A stretch of 32,247 nucleotides of DNA from an uncultured Thermococci archaeon (GCA_964487115.1 CAZAPD010000027.1:1-32247), one strand, 5' to 3'. Shown: positions 1 through 10,347, counted from the first letter of the stretch. Translations and numbers: made by a program. The notes: generated from the letters alone by a model not told the origin.

Positions 1-435
1 GAAGACAGGGCATTCTTCGACATCAACGATGCTTAAGGGTTTGGCGTATTCCTTAAATCCAATCCCTTGAGTCGTTACAATGAAGTTGCTCGAATTCCTG
101 AATCCAAAGAGCTTTGGTGAGCCTTTGATATCAGCTGTAATACCTGTAATCTCCTTAAAATTTTCCTGCTTGAGCTTCAGCTGTTTCTTGTATTTGATGT
201 GTTGCCACAAGCAACCGCCGCATTTACCGAAATGCTCACATCTCGGAGTCTGCCTGAGCAAAGAAAACTCAACAACTTCAAAGCTCTCAGCTATAATCCT
301 CCCAAATCTCCTTCTTGTTTTGTAAACTTTTACAAAGTCTCCAACAACAGTATAGGGGATATAAATTGGTTTTTCAGCCTTTAAAACACCTAAACCTTCA
401 TCACTCATCTCTTCAATGTAGCCTTGAGCTTTCAT
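1..435 (-). CDS. rlmD: RlmD/RumA-like SAM-dependent RNA (uracil-C5)-methyltransferase, 5' part (runs off window); most like the Thermococcales 23S rRNA m5U paralog
   Basis: Not in ORF track; manual translation from ATG 435: MKAQGYIEEMSDEGLGVL...PRCEHFGKCGGCLWQHIKYKKQLKLK...FRNSSNFIVT...VDVEECPVF, i.e. TRAM-like N-terminus plus CxxxxxCGGC...C Fe-S motif; open to base 1. Confidence 0.88.
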   Translation of the reverse strand, partial: MKAQGYIEEMSDEGLGVLKAEKPIYIPYTVVGDFVKVYKTRRRFGRIIAESFEVVEFSLLRQTPRCEHFGKCGGCLWQHIKYKKQLKLKQENFKEITGITADIKGSPKLFGFRNSSNFIVTTQGIGFKEYAKPLSIVDVEECPVF

Positions 436-464
436 GAGTTCAACTCTCCATTGTTAGTCTTTTT

Positions 465-917
465 CTACTGCACCAGCTCGATTTCAGGAATTCCTTGAAA
501 ATCAGCGTCAAATGTGGCAAGCTTTGAGACACCGTTAAGGATGCAGGTAGCAAGGATTTGAGCGTCCCTCGGCATTAGTCCATAAGTTACGGCATAGACC
601 TCCACAAGACTAACACTATTAACATCCTCAATAACTTCAATGCCATACTTAAATAAGACAGCAAGGATTAAAGTAAATGCCTCTTCGATAAAACCTTTTC
701 CTTCTTCTGTCTTCAAATATTTCCTTGCGTCATGCCGATTCCTTATTCCTGACTTTTCACTCAGAAGCTTTCTAAGAACTACATAAATAGCCTCTTCAAG
801 CGCGGCAAAAGATGTTACAAGTTCCCCCTTGTTTTCTTCCAGTATGTCGGTAGCTTTCTCTGTAAGCTCAGTTTTAAAAAGGTAGTTGTAGAAGATGTTT
901 GCATCAACATAAATCAA
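465..917 (-). CDS. vapC: VapC-family PIN-domain toxin
   Basis: IYVDANIF N-terminal motif, LEEA, YGLMPRDAQILA, LATFDADF; TTG start overlaps upstream stop. Confidence 0.9.
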   Translation of the reverse strand: MIYVDANIFYNYLFKTELTEKATDILEENKGELVTSFAALEEAIYVVLRKLLSEKSGIRNRHDARKYLKTEEGKGFIEEAFTLILAVLFKYGIEVIEDVNSVSLVEVYAVTYGLMPRDAQILATCILNGVSKLATFDADFQGIPEIELVQ

Positions 918-1090
918 AGTCCTGCCTCCTCCGCGTATCTCTCAAGCTCCTCAACGGTCGCTTCCCCGAGCATTCCCGGATAAACCTTTTTTTTGAGGGC
1001 TTTGACGAGAAGTTGGGCGTCTCTCTCAAGAATTCGTTTGAGGAGTTTGGAATCAACTCCCGCAGGTATCCTAATTGTAATCTCCCCCAC
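914..1090 (-). CDS. vapB: Putative antitoxin (58 aa) of the VapC toxin
   Basis: Below ORF-track cutoff; GTG start after GGTGATG RBS: MGEITIRIPAGVDSKLLKRILERDAQLLVKALKKKVYPGMLGEATVEELERYAEEAGL*; TGA overlaps vapC TTG; beta-strand-like ITIRIP N-terminus and acidic C-terminus. Confidence 0.8.
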   Translation of the reverse strand: MGEITIRIPAGVDSKLLKRILERDAQLLVKALKKKVYPGMLGEATVEELERYAEEAGL

Positions 1091-1197
1091 TCACATCACC
1101 ATTTGCAGATTTAACTTGAGGATGTATTAAACATTTGCTTTGAACTATCCAAAATTCTTCTAAACCTCTCCCGCTAAACATTCAAATGGTGATTAGC

Positions 1198-2189
1198 ATG
1201 AAGCCCAAGGTCTTTATAACAAGGAAAATCCCAGAAAACGGAATCAAAATGATTCAAGAGTATTACGAAGTTGAAGTCTGGAGAGATGAAAATGAGCCCC
1301 GAGAGAAGTCCTGCTTGAGAAAGTTAGAAATGTTGATGCCTTAGTAACTCTGCTGAGCGACAAAATTGACAGAGAAATCCTTGACAATGCTCCAAGGCTT
1401 AGAATCATTGCCCAATACGCTGTCGGCTATGACAACATTGACATTAAAGAGGCGACGAAAAGAGGAATTTATGTAACCAACACGCCAGACGTCTTAACCG
1501 AAGCTACAGCAGATTTTGCTTGGGCTTTGCTTTTAGCAACAGCAAGGCATTTAGTTGATGCGGATAAATTTGTGAGGAGTGGAGAATGGAAGGTTGCATG
1601 GCATCCGCTCATGTATCTCGGCTATGATGTTTATGGAAAGACAATCGGAATAATAGGATTTGGAAGAATAGGGCAGGCGATAGCAAGAAGGGCTAAGGGC
1701 TTTAACATGAGAATCCTCTATTATTCTCGCACAAGAAAGCCTGAAAAAGAGAGGGAACTTGGAGCTGAGTTTAAACCGTTAGATGAGCTGCTTAGGGAGA
1801 GCGACTTTGTGGTTTTAGCAGTTCCATTAACAAAGGAAACATACCATATGATAAACGAGGAGAAGCTTAAGCTCATGAAGCCAACGGCAATACTCCTCAA
1901 TATTGCAAGAGGAAAGGTTGTTGATACAAAAGCCTTGATTAAAGCTCTTGAAGAGGGCTGGATTGCTGGAGCGGGCTTAGATGTCTTTGAAGAAGAACCT
2001 TACTATAATGAGGAGCTTTTCAAGCTGAAGAGTGTAACTCTCGCTCCCCACATAGGAAGTGCAACTTATGGAGCAAGACATGCAATGGCAGAGCTTGTTG
2101 CAAGGAATTTGATAGCCTTCGCTAAAGGTGAAGTTCCGCCGACACTTGTGAATAGAGAGGTGCTGAATGTTAGGAAGCCTGGATTTTAG
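1198..2189 (+). pseudogene. gyaR: Glyoxylate reductase (D-2-hydroxyacid dehydrogenase), frameshifted at CCCC 1297-1300 (true pseudogene or sequence error)
   Basis: ATG 1198 gives [20 protein letters not shown]...DENEP then stops at 1342-1344; the -1 frame continues [15 protein letters not shown]...YAVGYDNID...VTNTPDVL into ORF 1527-2189 with [25 protein letters not shown] motifs. Confidence 0.85.
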
Positions 2190-2806
2190 GGGCCGGGAAG
2201 GACACCCCATCCCCAAAGATACTCCATGACGGTCCATCCCGTAAGAAGCATCGCCAGACCATATGCCATTGCCTCATTTTTGCTTTTTGATTTGATGAGT
2301 TTAAACGCAAATAAGAGGGCTGCCAGCCCAAAAGCAAATGCAGAGGGGTATGTGCTCCAGTGTGTCTTTCCCAGCAGGTCATACTGGTTGACCATGTATG
2401 CATGAAGTCCCCATATTGCGAGAAAATGGGCGTTTCCAAATGCAGGGCCAATGGAAATCTGTCCTGATCTCCAGAGCATGATGAACATCAACAAAAACGC
2501 AAAGTACAGCGGCATGTTCATCCAGCTCTCAACCTTTACAAAACCTGCAGTTTCGAGCAGCTCTCCAATCGATGCCCAGAAGAAAAGTCCGGAGAATATT
2601 CCGGAATAATTTCCCTTCACAGATCCGCTCTTCTTTATTGAGATATAAAAGAGCAGAGAGGCTACAAGAAAGAAAGCAGCTGCTCCAGCCACTGTCATGG
2701 TTCTGGACTTTTCAAGCGTCATCAGAACTGGATAAGTAACTCCGTAGGATAGAAAAACAATCAACGCGCACCTGAAACCTTCAGTTTTCGCCTCCAATAA
2801 AATCAC
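2186..2806 (-). CDS. Multi-pass membrane protein of unknown function
   Basis: 206 aa ORF with about 7 hydrophobic segments, 10 bp downstream of the DUF72 gene. Confidence 0.75.
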   Translation of the reverse strand: MILLEAKTEGFRCALIVFLSYGVTYPVLMTLEKSRTMTVAGAAAFFLVASLLFYISIKKSGSVKGNYSGIFSGLFFWASIGELLETAGFVKVESWMNMPLYFAFLLMFIMLWRSGQISIGPAFGNAHFLAIWGLHAYMVNQYDLLGKTHWSTYPSAFAFGLAALLFAFKLIKSKSKNEAMAYGLAMLLTGWTVMEYLWGWGVLPGP

Positions 2807-2816
2807 CAGTCTCTAT

Positions 2817-3527
2817 TTATACACCAAGCTTAAACCTCTTCGCATCATCGCACATATAGACGTTGTTGAAGTAAATGTAGCTTTCCTTTTTGTTCCACTC
2901 TTTCACCCGTTCTGCAATCTTTTCAAGCTCTTCATCGATATATTTGTGCTTGTAAATTATCCTCCCGTTTTCGTATGCCCCATGAAGGCGATAGTAATTG
3001 ATGTCCCCTCTGTGAAGAGGCTTTCTGATGAGAGGGTCCGCTACATCAATGAGGTCAAATTCTCTCACGAATTTCTTTATCCCCTCCTCGCTCCAGCCTC
3101 TAAGCTCAACAGCTATCTCAATGTCCCTGCTTATCTTTGAGAAGAACTTTTCTGCATTGGCAAAGCTCTCTTCACTTTCTTTAAAGCTCTTGGGAAGCTG
3201 AATTAAAATGAAGCCTGCATTCAAAATTCTTGCTTCGTTGAGTGTTATCTCCCAATACTTGAAGACCTCATTGGTGGGCTTTAAAAACCCAACATCTTTG
3301 CTTGGCTTAACGTTGCTTCTCCTCCATGTTGGACTATTGGCTGGATGTGTTATTCCCTGAAAAGCCTTGATTGAAAACACAAATCCTTCAGGTGCTTCGC
3401 TCCTCCATTTTTTGAGAGTCTTTTCTTCTAAAATTCGGTAAAAAGTCTGCTGAATTTCAACTGTCTTAAAATCTTGGAAGTATTTCTTTCTCGCCTCACA
3501 AAAACCGCAAGTGCCAACAAAAATCAT
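2817..3527 (-). CDS. DUF72 family protein
   Basis: IFVGTCGF, TVEIQQTFY, FSIKAFQGITH, LIQLPKSF, YYRLHG, YIYFNN motifs; GGTGA RBS. Confidence 0.9.
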   Translation of the reverse strand: MIFVGTCGFCEARKKYFQDFKTVEIQQTFYRILEEKTLKKWRSEAPEGFVFSIKAFQGITHPANSPTWRRSNVKPSKDVGFLKPTNEVFKYWEITLNEARILNAGFILIQLPKSFKESEESFANAEKFFSKISRDIEIAVELRGWSEEGIKKFVREFDLIDVADPLIRKPLHRGDINYYRLHGAYENGRIIYKHKYIDEELEKIAERVKEWNKKESYIYFNNVYMCDDAKRFKLGV

Positions 3528-3583
3528 GTAGTCTCACCAGAATTAGAATCAGCATTCCAAAAAATAAAGCTATTGCCAAACCC

Positions 3584-4258
3584 TTATTTCCATTCCAAAT
3601 GAGCTCTCTTAACAGCCAAAACTCCCGAATACGTGTATTCGTCCCAAATTTTTTCGACTTCATCGAAAACTATCCTCGCTTTGAAGAACGGCGCATCCCT
3701 TACAAAAGTCTCAAATTCGCCACCTTCCCCTGCTACGTGGACGTCGTACTTCTCGTGAAGCTTTACCAGCTCCTCAAGCGCCCCCTTATCTATTTTCCTC
3801 CCCAGCCATTGCTCATCGAGGCCGTAGGCAGATACGCCAACAATTACAACATCAAAGATTCTGATTATCTCTTCCATGTAATCCACAGGATCCCTGTGCC
3901 ATGCAGGAGCAAAGCTCCTTAATCCGAGCTCCTCAGCAACTCTGTCGACTCTTTCCTTCTGATACCTGCTCGCAAGAGCTCCTGAGACAATAGCGTCTAC
4001 ATCAAGCTTTTCAAGGATTTTTTTCAGATCTTCAACTTCCTTCTCTTTCTCTCCCTTGGTAAATCCATTAATGAGAGGGATTCCTATGGCTTCTGCCTGC
4101 AGATCAGTTAGATGTATGTTCGGCACATGATACATGTAGCTCTCCTCGCTCTCAGAGTGCATACTGACCAAGTAGTTCACATCGAACCCCTGTTTGAGAG
4201 TCCAGTAGAGAGCATAGTTTGAATCTTTTCCGCCTGAATAGAGGACAGCAACACGCAT
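3584..4258 (-). CDS. dph6: Diphthine--ammonia ligase / PP-loop ATP pyrophosphatase (Dph6 family)
   Basis: YSGGKDS PP-loop, [25 protein letters not shown] motifs. Confidence 0.88.
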   Translation of the reverse strand: MRVAVLYSGGKDSNYALYWTLKQGFDVNYLVSMHSESEESYMYHVPNIHLTDLQAEAIGIPLINGFTKGEKEKEVEDLKKILEKLDVDAIVSGALASRYQKERVDRVAEELGLRSFAPAWHRDPVDYMEEIIRIFDVVIVGVSAYGLDEQWLGRKIDKGALEELVKLHEKYDVHVAGEGGEFETFVRDAPFFKARIVFDEVEKIWDEYTYSGVLAVKRAHLEWK

Positions 4259-4270
4259 CTCTCCCCACCC

Positions 4271-4301
4271 GAAAGTTTTAAATTACCTTGGGTTAATTTA
4301 A
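4271..4301 (+). promoter_or_regulatory. BRE/TATA (GAAAG-TTTTAAAT) with overlapping inverted repeat TTAAATTA-N8-TAATTTAA upstream of IPCT/DIPPS
   Basis: Direct reading; perfect 8-bp arms at 4278-4285 and 4294-4301 in the divergent dph6/IPCT-DIPPS intergenic region. Confidence 0.45.
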
Positions 4302-4351
4302 TTTTGTCTAAGATTTCTCAGGAGAGCTTAAAAGCTTTTGGAGGTGAAGCA

Positions 4352-5617
4352 GTGAAAGCCGTGATTCTGGCAGCGGGCCTTGGAAAACGGATGGGGTATA
4401 AGCCAAAAGGACTCATAAAGATTGCCGGCAGAGAAATCCTTTACAGGACAATGAAAAATCTCACAGAGCTTGGAATTTCCGAATTTGCAGTCATAACAAA
4501 CGCCAGATACAGAGAAGAATACGAGGGATTCATCAGAAAATACGGGTTCAACGCGGAGCTCATAATAAACAGACATCCTGAAAAGGGAAATGGATATACA
4601 CTTTATCTGGCCAAGTCACATGTTGGTGGTAAATTTATCCTCCTCATGAGCGACCATATTTACGGAAAAGACTTCCTCAAAAGAGCTGTAAAGGGAGAAG
4701 GCCTCGTTGTTGATGAAACTCCAGAATACACTGACCTTGATGAGGCGACAAAGGTTAAAATCAAAGATAACCGTGTGGAGGATATTGGAAAGCATCTTAA
4801 AGATTTTGACGCTATTGATACAGGATTCTTTGTTTTGACTTCTGAGATATTTGGTATTGCTGATGAGATTTTGTCAGAAAAAGGAAAAGCTGAGCTGAGT
4901 GAGATCGTAAAAAGAGCTAAGCTTAAGGTAACCCCTATTAACGGATTTTTATGGATGGACATTGACACTCCAGAGGATATTAAAAAAGCCAGAATGCTGA
5001 TGGTTCGGACCTCCATAAAGGGTGCAGGGGATGGCTTCATATCAAGACATCTAAACAGAAAGATTTCCACAAGAATAAGCACACTCCTCGTTGATCACGT
5101 TACTCCCAACCAGATGACCGTTGTAACTTTCCTCTTCGGAATTTTATCAGCTTTGATGAACTTTGTTAGCATACCTCTTGCAGGAATTCTGTATCAGATA
5201 AGCTCAATCTTTGATGGTGTCGATGGCGAGATTGCACGGGCGAGCATGAAGACGAGCAGATTTGGTGGCTATATAGATTCAATCCTTGACAGATACGTAG
5301 ATGCGGCATTTTTGTTGATATTAGCTTACGTTACAATTAAAGAACCTCTCTGGTGGGCAATAGCTGTGACAGCAATCTTTGGCTCAGCAATGGTGAGCTA
5401 CTCAACCGAACGATACAAAGCAGCTTATAGAGAGGATATTTACAGGGACATACCTGCAATAAGGTGCCTTATTGGAAAGAGGGATGAGAGGATATTCCTG
5501 ACCATGCTATTCTGTTTGATAGGGCAGACGAAAGCTCTCTTTGCTCTGTTAGCAGTCTTAACAAATCTCAGAATAGCCGCGACAGTTTGGTTGGTATGGA
5601 GAAATAAAAGAAATTAA
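4352..5617 (+). CDS. Bifunctional CTP:inositol-1-phosphate cytidylyltransferase / CDP-inositol:inositol-1-phosphate transferase (IPCT/DIPPS)
   Basis: N-terminal nucleotidyltransferase ([29 protein letters not shown]) fused to CDP-alcohol phosphotransferase ([15 protein letters not shown]...[13 protein letters not shown]); start moved to GTG 4352 after GGAGGTGA RBS. Confidence 0.92.
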   Translation: MKAVILAAGLGKRMGYKPKGLIKIAGREILYRTMKNLTELGISEFAVITNARYREEYEGFIRKYGFNAELIINRHPEKGNGYTLYLAKSHVGGKFILLMSDHIYGKDFLKRAVKGEGLVVDETPEYTDLDEATKVKIKDNRVEDIGKHLKDFDAIDTGFFVLTSEIFGIADEILSEKGKAELSEIVKRAKLKVTPINGFLWMDIDTPEDIKKARMLMVRTSIKGAGDGFISRHLNRKISTRISTLLVDHVTPNQMTVVTFLFGILSALMNFVSIPLAGILYQISSIFDGVDGEIARASMKTSRFGGYIDSILDRYVDAAFLLILAYVTIKEPLWWAIAVTAIFGSAMVSYSTERYKAAYREDIYRDIPAIRCLIGKRDERIFLTMLFCLIGQTKALFALLAVLTNLRIAATVWLVWRNKRN

Positions 5618-6708
5618 TCGAGAAACTCCAGGGCTTTCTCTGTCTTCCTATCGAACAGAACAACCCTGTCTTCCCTCAGCTTTACGGTAACTTTTTCTCC
5701 AAATGTGAAGTGCTCCCCCTCTGGTGCAAAGACTTTGACAGCAGCTCCGTTAACTGAAACAGTAACAATCTGTTCCCTCCCAAGAGGTTCAAATGAGTAC
5801 ACCTCTCCTGCAAGACCTTCAGTAGCTCCTCGAACAACTTCCGCATCATGAGGTCTGAATCCAAGGAGAACTTTCTTTATACCCAGCTTCTGAGTTAGCT
5901 CTCTGTATTGAGCTGGAACCGGTATCCTGCTACCATAGACGTTTAGATAACCATTTTCAATCTCCACTTCTGCATCAACGAAGTTCATGGGTGGATTTCC
6001 AAGAAAACCTCCGACAAACCTGTATTTCGGTCTGTAATAAACGTCATCCGGTGTTCCAACCTGAAGTATCTTTCCTTCCCTGATAACCGCTATCCTGTCA
6101 GCCATTGCTAACGCCTCGGCTTGGTCGTGGGTGACATAAATCGCCGTAATGCCAAGCTCCTTCTGCAGTCTCTTCAGCTCAGCCCTAACCTCAATTCTAA
6201 GCAGAGCATCTAAGTTGCTCAGAGGCTCATCCAAGAGCAGAACATCCGGCTCTTTAACTAAAGCTCTCGCTATTGCAACTCTCTGTTGCTGCCCACCGCT
6301 GAGCTGCCAAGGATACCTGTCAAGCAGATCCTCTATGTGCAACATCTGTGAGACTTCCCTGACTCTGGTGGCTATTTCTCCTTTCGGAACCTTTCTGAGC
6401 TCAAGGGGAAAGGCTATATTATCAAAAACCTTCATGTGGGGGTATAACGCCCAGTTCTGGAAAACAAGACCAACATTTCTGTCCTTCGGAGGTATATTCG
6501 TGACATCCCTATCATCGAAATAAATCCTCCCTCTTGTCGGTCTGTAAATCCCGGCTATTGTGTAGAGGAGTGTCGATTTTCCGCTTCCTGAAGGACCCAG
6601 CAAAGCCATAAACTCTTTATCATTAATTTTTAATGTAATATTCCTGAGCGCGGTAAAGTCATCAAACTTCTTGGTTATTCCATCAAGGGTAATACTGACC
6701 ATTTCCAT
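5614..6708 (-). CDS. CUT1-family ABC transporter ATP-binding subunit (MalK-like, C-terminal TOBE domain)
   Basis: GPSGSGKST Walker [11 protein letters not shown] signature, [11 protein letters not shown]alker B, YVTHDQ; TGATG coupling with upstream permease. Confidence 0.95.
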   Translation of the reverse strand: MEMVSITLDGITKKFDDFTALRNITLKINDKEFMALLGPSGSGKSTLLYTIAGIYRPTRGRIYFDDRDVTNIPPKDRNVGLVFQNWALYPHMKVFDNIAFPLELRKVPKGEIATRVREVSQMLHIEDLLDRYPWQLSGGQQQRVAIARALVKEPDVLLLDEPLSNLDALLRIEVRAELKRLQKELGITAIYVTHDQAEALAMADRIAVIREGKILQVGTPDDVYYRPKYRFVGGFLGNPPMNFVDAEVEIENGYLNVYGSRIPVPAQYRELTQKLGIKKVLLGFRPHDAEVVRGATEGLAGEVYSFEPLGREQIVTVSVNGAAVKVFAPEGEHFTFGEKVTVKLREDRVVLFDRKTEKALEFLD

Positions 6709-7577
6709 CACCCCTTAATTCCACCCGAATATCCCTGCAAGAGTATTTGCTGGGCTGTGATGAAGAAAATTATTGTCGGAAGCAGATAAAGAGTCCCAGC
6801 GGCAGCTATTAAGGGCATGTGTGAAAACTCAGCCTCTATGTTTGCCTCAATGAATGTTGCAAGAGTCTGATCAATGAGGAATGTCCGCACATAGATTATA
6901 TCCTGCCAGCCGGCTAAAAATGCAAACAGAGCAACCGCCAGTATACCCGGTTTTATTAGGGGAAGCATAATCTTCCGCCACACCTTTATCCTCGATGCCC
7001 CGTCAATTATGCCCGACCATTCAAACTCCCACGGTATCGTGTCAAAGAAACCCTTCATCAGCCAGACTGACATCGGAATTTCAAGAGCGGCCCTTGCGAA
7101 TATCACATACACAAATGAATAAAGCCTGACAAAGTCAGAAGTCTGAGGAAATGTCAATCGATAAAGGAGGTAAACTCCAACAATCAGCGCAACACCGGGG
7201 AATGCATGCAAAATCAGAAGAAGCACCATCATATGTTTTCTTCCTCTGAAGTTAATCCTTGAAAGAGAATAACCTGCAAGGGCGCTAATTCCCGTAACGA
7301 CTCCAGCAACACCGAGGGCTACAATCAGAGTATTCAGTGTGATCCGAAGTATGTTTGCTCTTATTCCCCCTGTTGTGGCCAGTTTTCCATGGAAAACGTT
7401 AATCCAGTTCTCAATGGTGGGATGAAAAGAAGAGGGATTCAGATTTGTCACCATATCTGTACTGAAGCTCGAAAGCACGAGCAGGGTGAAACCTATGATA
7501 AGAGGCAGACTGGCAAGTAGGATTGCCAAGATTATAATCCTGCTATACCTTCTTGGCCTTGTTTCAACGTCTCTCAT
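6708..7577 (-). CDS. CUT1-family ABC permease (MalG-like)
   Basis: Six TM segments, MKGFFDTIPWEFEWSGIIDGAS (variant EAA loop). Confidence 0.92.
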   Translation of the reverse strand: MRDVETRPRRYSRIIILAILLASLPLIIGFTLLVLSSFSTDMVTNLNPSSFHPTIENWINVFHGKLATTGGIRANILRITLNTLIVALGVAGVVTGISALAGYSLSRINFRGRKHMMVLLLILHAFPGVALIVGVYLLYRLTFPQTSDFVRLYSFVYVIFARAALEIPMSVWLMKGFFDTIPWEFEWSGIIDGASRIKVWRKIMLPLIKPGILAVALFAFLAGWQDIIYVRTFLIDQTLATFIEANIEAEFSHMPLIAAAGTLYLLPTIIFFITAQQILLQGYSGGIKG

Positions 7578-8515
7578 CAGAAGTCACCTCTTGGCCTCTT
7601 CATCATTTTCTCAAATTGTAGAACCTTCAGCGTTACAAAACCTCCTATTATGCCAATGATGGATAGGAGAACCGCCGCTGCGGCAGCTAACCCCTGATCC
7701 TGCTCTCCCATTCCAAAGGCAGTGTTGAAGACATAGAGTGCCAAGGTTGTTCCATAGTCACCATTCACCAGATCCCACTGAACGAGAAGGAAAAGATGGG
7801 GATACGTTGTGAGGAGGCTGAGGAACTGCCATGTGAGAACATACATGAAATGCCATTTAACCATGGGGATGAGAATCCTCCGTGAAATCTGCCATGAAGA
7901 GGCTCCGTCGACCCTCGCAGCTATTACAAGCTCCTTTGGGATCTGATTTAAAGCGGAGGTAAATACTATCATGCCAAAGCTAACACCAACAAGCCCGTTC
8001 ACGAAGATTATTATGCTCCAAGCTCCCCATGGAACAATTTGACCCCATGGAATGGGCTGGGAGATCACACCCAGTTTCATAAGAATCGAGTTAAGCGTCC
8101 CAATTTCACTGCCGTGAAAGAAGTAATACCAAACAAGGCTGTAGACAGCTATGGGAGACATTCTTGGTAGAAGCCAGAGAAGCCTAAAGGCGGAAGCTGG
8201 TCTTTCATCTATGAAAAACGTTGCCAAAGCTAATGTCAGACCACCAAAGACGTTAATAACCAGTGTTATGGCAACAAAAACCACGGTTGTAAGGAGAACA
8301 GCTTTAAAAGTTGGATCATGCTGGAACATGTAAAAAAGCCTGTGGTAATTGTAAAAACCAACAAATTCTGTAAGATACTTGCTAACATTCCAGTTCCGCA
8401 TCTGTGTAAAACTTATATAAACCGTCATAACTAATGGCACAAGATAAAAGAGCAGCACCATAACAATCATTGGAGAAAGAAAAAACGAAAGGGTTGTGAG
8501 CCGATCTTTGTTCAT
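7577..8515 (-). CDS. CUT1-family ABC permease (MalF-like)
   Basis: TM segments, ALNQIPKELVIAARVDGAS EAA-like loop; GAGGTG RBS. Confidence 0.92.
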   Translation of the reverse strand: MNKDRLTTLSFFLSPMIVMVLLFYLVPLVMTVYISFTQMRNWNVSKYLTEFVGFYNYHRLFYMFQHDPTFKAVLLTTVVFVAITLVINVFGGLTLALATFFIDERPASAFRLLWLLPRMSPIAVYSLVWYYFFHGSEIGTLNSILMKLGVISQPIPWGQIVPWGAWSIIIFVNGLVGVSFGMIVFTSALNQIPKELVIAARVDGASSWQISRRILIPMVKWHFMYVLTWQFLSLLTTYPHLFLLVQWDLVNGDYGTTLALYVFNTAFGMGEQDQGLAAAAAVLLSIIGIIGGFVTLKVLQFEKMMKRPRGDF

Positions 8516-8524
8516 GTCACCACC

Positions 8525-10150
8525 TCATTGCTGAGGGAATTTCCAGTTTTTAGGAATTTCCCCTGTGATTTCTACGTTTTTAGCAAGCTCGGGATCTGCC
8601 TTAACTTTCTGGATAATGTAGTCAACTGCATCTTTTGGAGTCATCTCATTCCTGAGTACCTTATCAACAGCTTCTTTGAATATATCGGCCAGTGCTGGAT
8701 ACTTCGGATGGGCTGGAGCCAAATGAGTGTACTCAAGCATGTAGCTAACATTTGCTAAAAATTGAGCATTTATTGGATTCACTGTGGCTTTAACGATGTC
8801 CTTGATATTATCCTTAACCGTTGGATCGAGATCAAGATTGAGGTTCTTCAAGTCATTAAGCCACTTTTCGTCCTTGATAAGCTTTGCTGCTTCCTTTCTG
8901 ACTGGTAAGTGGGCTGAGATGACGCTGTGTATTGCGTTTATGTCTGGATCACTCGCCTTTATTAACATGAGAAATGCGAGTTCATGGTAGATATTCTTAA
9001 GCTCATCATACTTAGGATTCTGCTGGCCGGCTTTGGAGTTTATCATCCAAACAAAGGGCTGGCTTAATGTTACCGGCTTGTCGCCTTTCTCGCCTGCTGG
9101 GAAGAGTGTATAATAGAACCACTTTTTAACTTCCTCAGGCTTCAAACCTCTTCCATGATAGTACTGCTTGGTCTGCCACTCAGTCCAGTACCATGTGCCA
9201 CCTATATCAAAGAGCGTCTTTCCTTCAACTATTGTCGGATGTATCTGCTTAGCCCAATCCCAGCTCATTATATCCTCTGGGAGGAGACCATCGCGGGCAA
9301 ACTTCCATTCAACATATAGCCATTTGTAAACGGCAGGAACGTCGACAACCAGCTTTCCGGTATTTGGATCATAAAGCTTGCCTCCAAAAGCAAAGATAAA
9401 CTGTATCAGGTCTGGATGAGCAGAACCCTTTCTGTGTATAAGACCCCACTCAGCGGCACCGCTTTCTTTGGCCTTCTTAGCCCAGTAGTAGACATCACTC
9501 CACGTGAATTCTCCATTCTTTACCTTCTCGTCGAGACCGTTAAGATTGAAACCTATCTTTGCCGCAACATCCTTTCTGATGTACAGCGGCCTCGCTTCGG
9601 TATCCTGTGGTAAACCATAGAGTCTGCCCTTAAACTTGGATGCATCTATAAGGGACGGGTAGAAGTCGTTAATAACACTCTGATAGGCCTTAGCATAGTC
9701 TGTTATATCGAGTATGTAGCCTTCATCGGCCAACGTGGGGAGAAATGCATAGCTGTTCACGAAGAAATCTCCAGCCTGTCCAAGAGGTTGTTTGCTGAGG
9801 TACTCTTTATACGCATCTTGGAAGGAGGCAACATAGTGAGTCTCAGTTACCACAATTTTGACCTTAACCCCATTCTTCTGCCAGATTCTATTTATCCTCC
9901 TCGCTGCCTCAACGATTCCATAAACCCTCATAACACTGTTAGGGTCACCAGAACCCCATGCAGAAAACTTAACCTCATTAATTCCCTTTTGTTCAAGCAC
10001 CTTTCCTATAGAAACCGCATCCTTTGTGAAATCCCCGGTAAGCTGTACTGTTGCGGAAGAAGTCTGAGTCCCTCCGCCGCCGCTGATGCAACCACTGGCA
10101 ATCGCTCCAAGAAAGACTAATGCTACTATCCAGATGCTTTTCATTTTCAT
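8525..10150 (-). CDS. ABC transporter solute-binding lipoprotein (family 1)
   Basis: Signal peptide with ASGC lipobox and G/S/T linker, GRLYGLPQDTEARPLYIRKD SBP-1 type motif; start moved to ATG 10150 after GAGGTGA RBS. Confidence 0.9.
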   Translation of the reverse strand: MKMKSIWIVALVFLGAIASGCISGGGGTQTSSATVQLTGDFTKDAVSIGKVLEQKGINEVKFSAWGSGDPNSVMRVYGIVEAARRINRIWQKNGVKVKIVVTETHYVASFQDAYKEYLSKQPLGQAGDFFVNSYAFLPTLADEGYILDITDYAKAYQSVINDFYPSLIDASKFKGRLYGLPQDTEARPLYIRKDVAAKIGFNLNGLDEKVKNGEFTWSDVYYWAKKAKESGAAEWGLIHRKGSAHPDLIQFIFAFGGKLYDPNTGKLVVDVPAVYKWLYVEWKFARDGLLPEDIMSWDWAKQIHPTIVEGKTLFDIGGTWYWTEWQTKQYYHGRGLKPEEVKKWFYYTLFPAGEKGDKPVTLSQPFVWMINSKAGQQNPKYDELKNIYHELAFLMLIKASDPDINAIHSVISAHLPVRKEAAKLIKDEKWLNDLKNLNLDLDPTVKDNIKDIVKATVNPINAQFLANVSYMLEYTHLAPAHPKYPALADIFKEAVDKVLRNEMTPKDAVDYIIQKVKADPELAKNVEITGEIPKNWKFPQQ

Positions 10151-10237
10151 TACTATCACCTCTAATCTAAAGTTCTCAAAATCAGAGCCTAAAATGGCCC
10201 TCCAAGAGTTTATTTGAGAAAGTAAGCGGGTATCACA

Positions 10238-10310
10238 TTTTAGTCAGATTTTGTTATTTATAAAATTTTTGCTGGAATGATAATTCATAACCAAAAACTA
10301 TTTAATATGT
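10238..10310. promoter_or_regulatory. Divergent promoters for ABC operon (minus strand AAAAA-TTTTATAAA, ~10257-10270) and inositol-1-phosphate synthase (plus strand AAAAAC-TATTTAATA, ~10293-10307)
   Basis: Purine-rich BRE followed by TATA-like box on each strand at plausible distance from the start codons. Confidence 0.5.
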
Positions 10311-10347
10311 GTAAAATATTATATAGCAAAATAAGGAGGTGGACGGA

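Noticed and set aside
80..384. Plus-strand ORFs 80-325 and 199-384
   Set aside because: Antisense shadows of the RlmD-like gene on the minus strand
899..1114. Plus-strand 71-aa ORF
   Set aside because: Antisense to the antitoxin ORF, which has an RBS and coupling to vapC
1575..1605. SGEWKVAW appears about 3 aa shorter than some Thermococcales GyaR sequences as I recall them
   Set aside because: In-frame and in a variable loop; not usable as evidence of decay without an alignment
1527..2189. Stand-alone 220-aa dehydrogenase starting at TTG 1527
   Set aside because: It is the 3' portion of the frameshifted gyaR that begins at 1198
5614..5617. Convergent genes sharing overlapping stop codons (also 2186-2189 and 24483-24486)
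   Set aside because: Common in compact archaeal genomes; not a signal by itself
10231..10247. TATCAC half-site upstream of the ABC operon as a TGM
   Set aside because: No GTGATA second arm at N5 spacing
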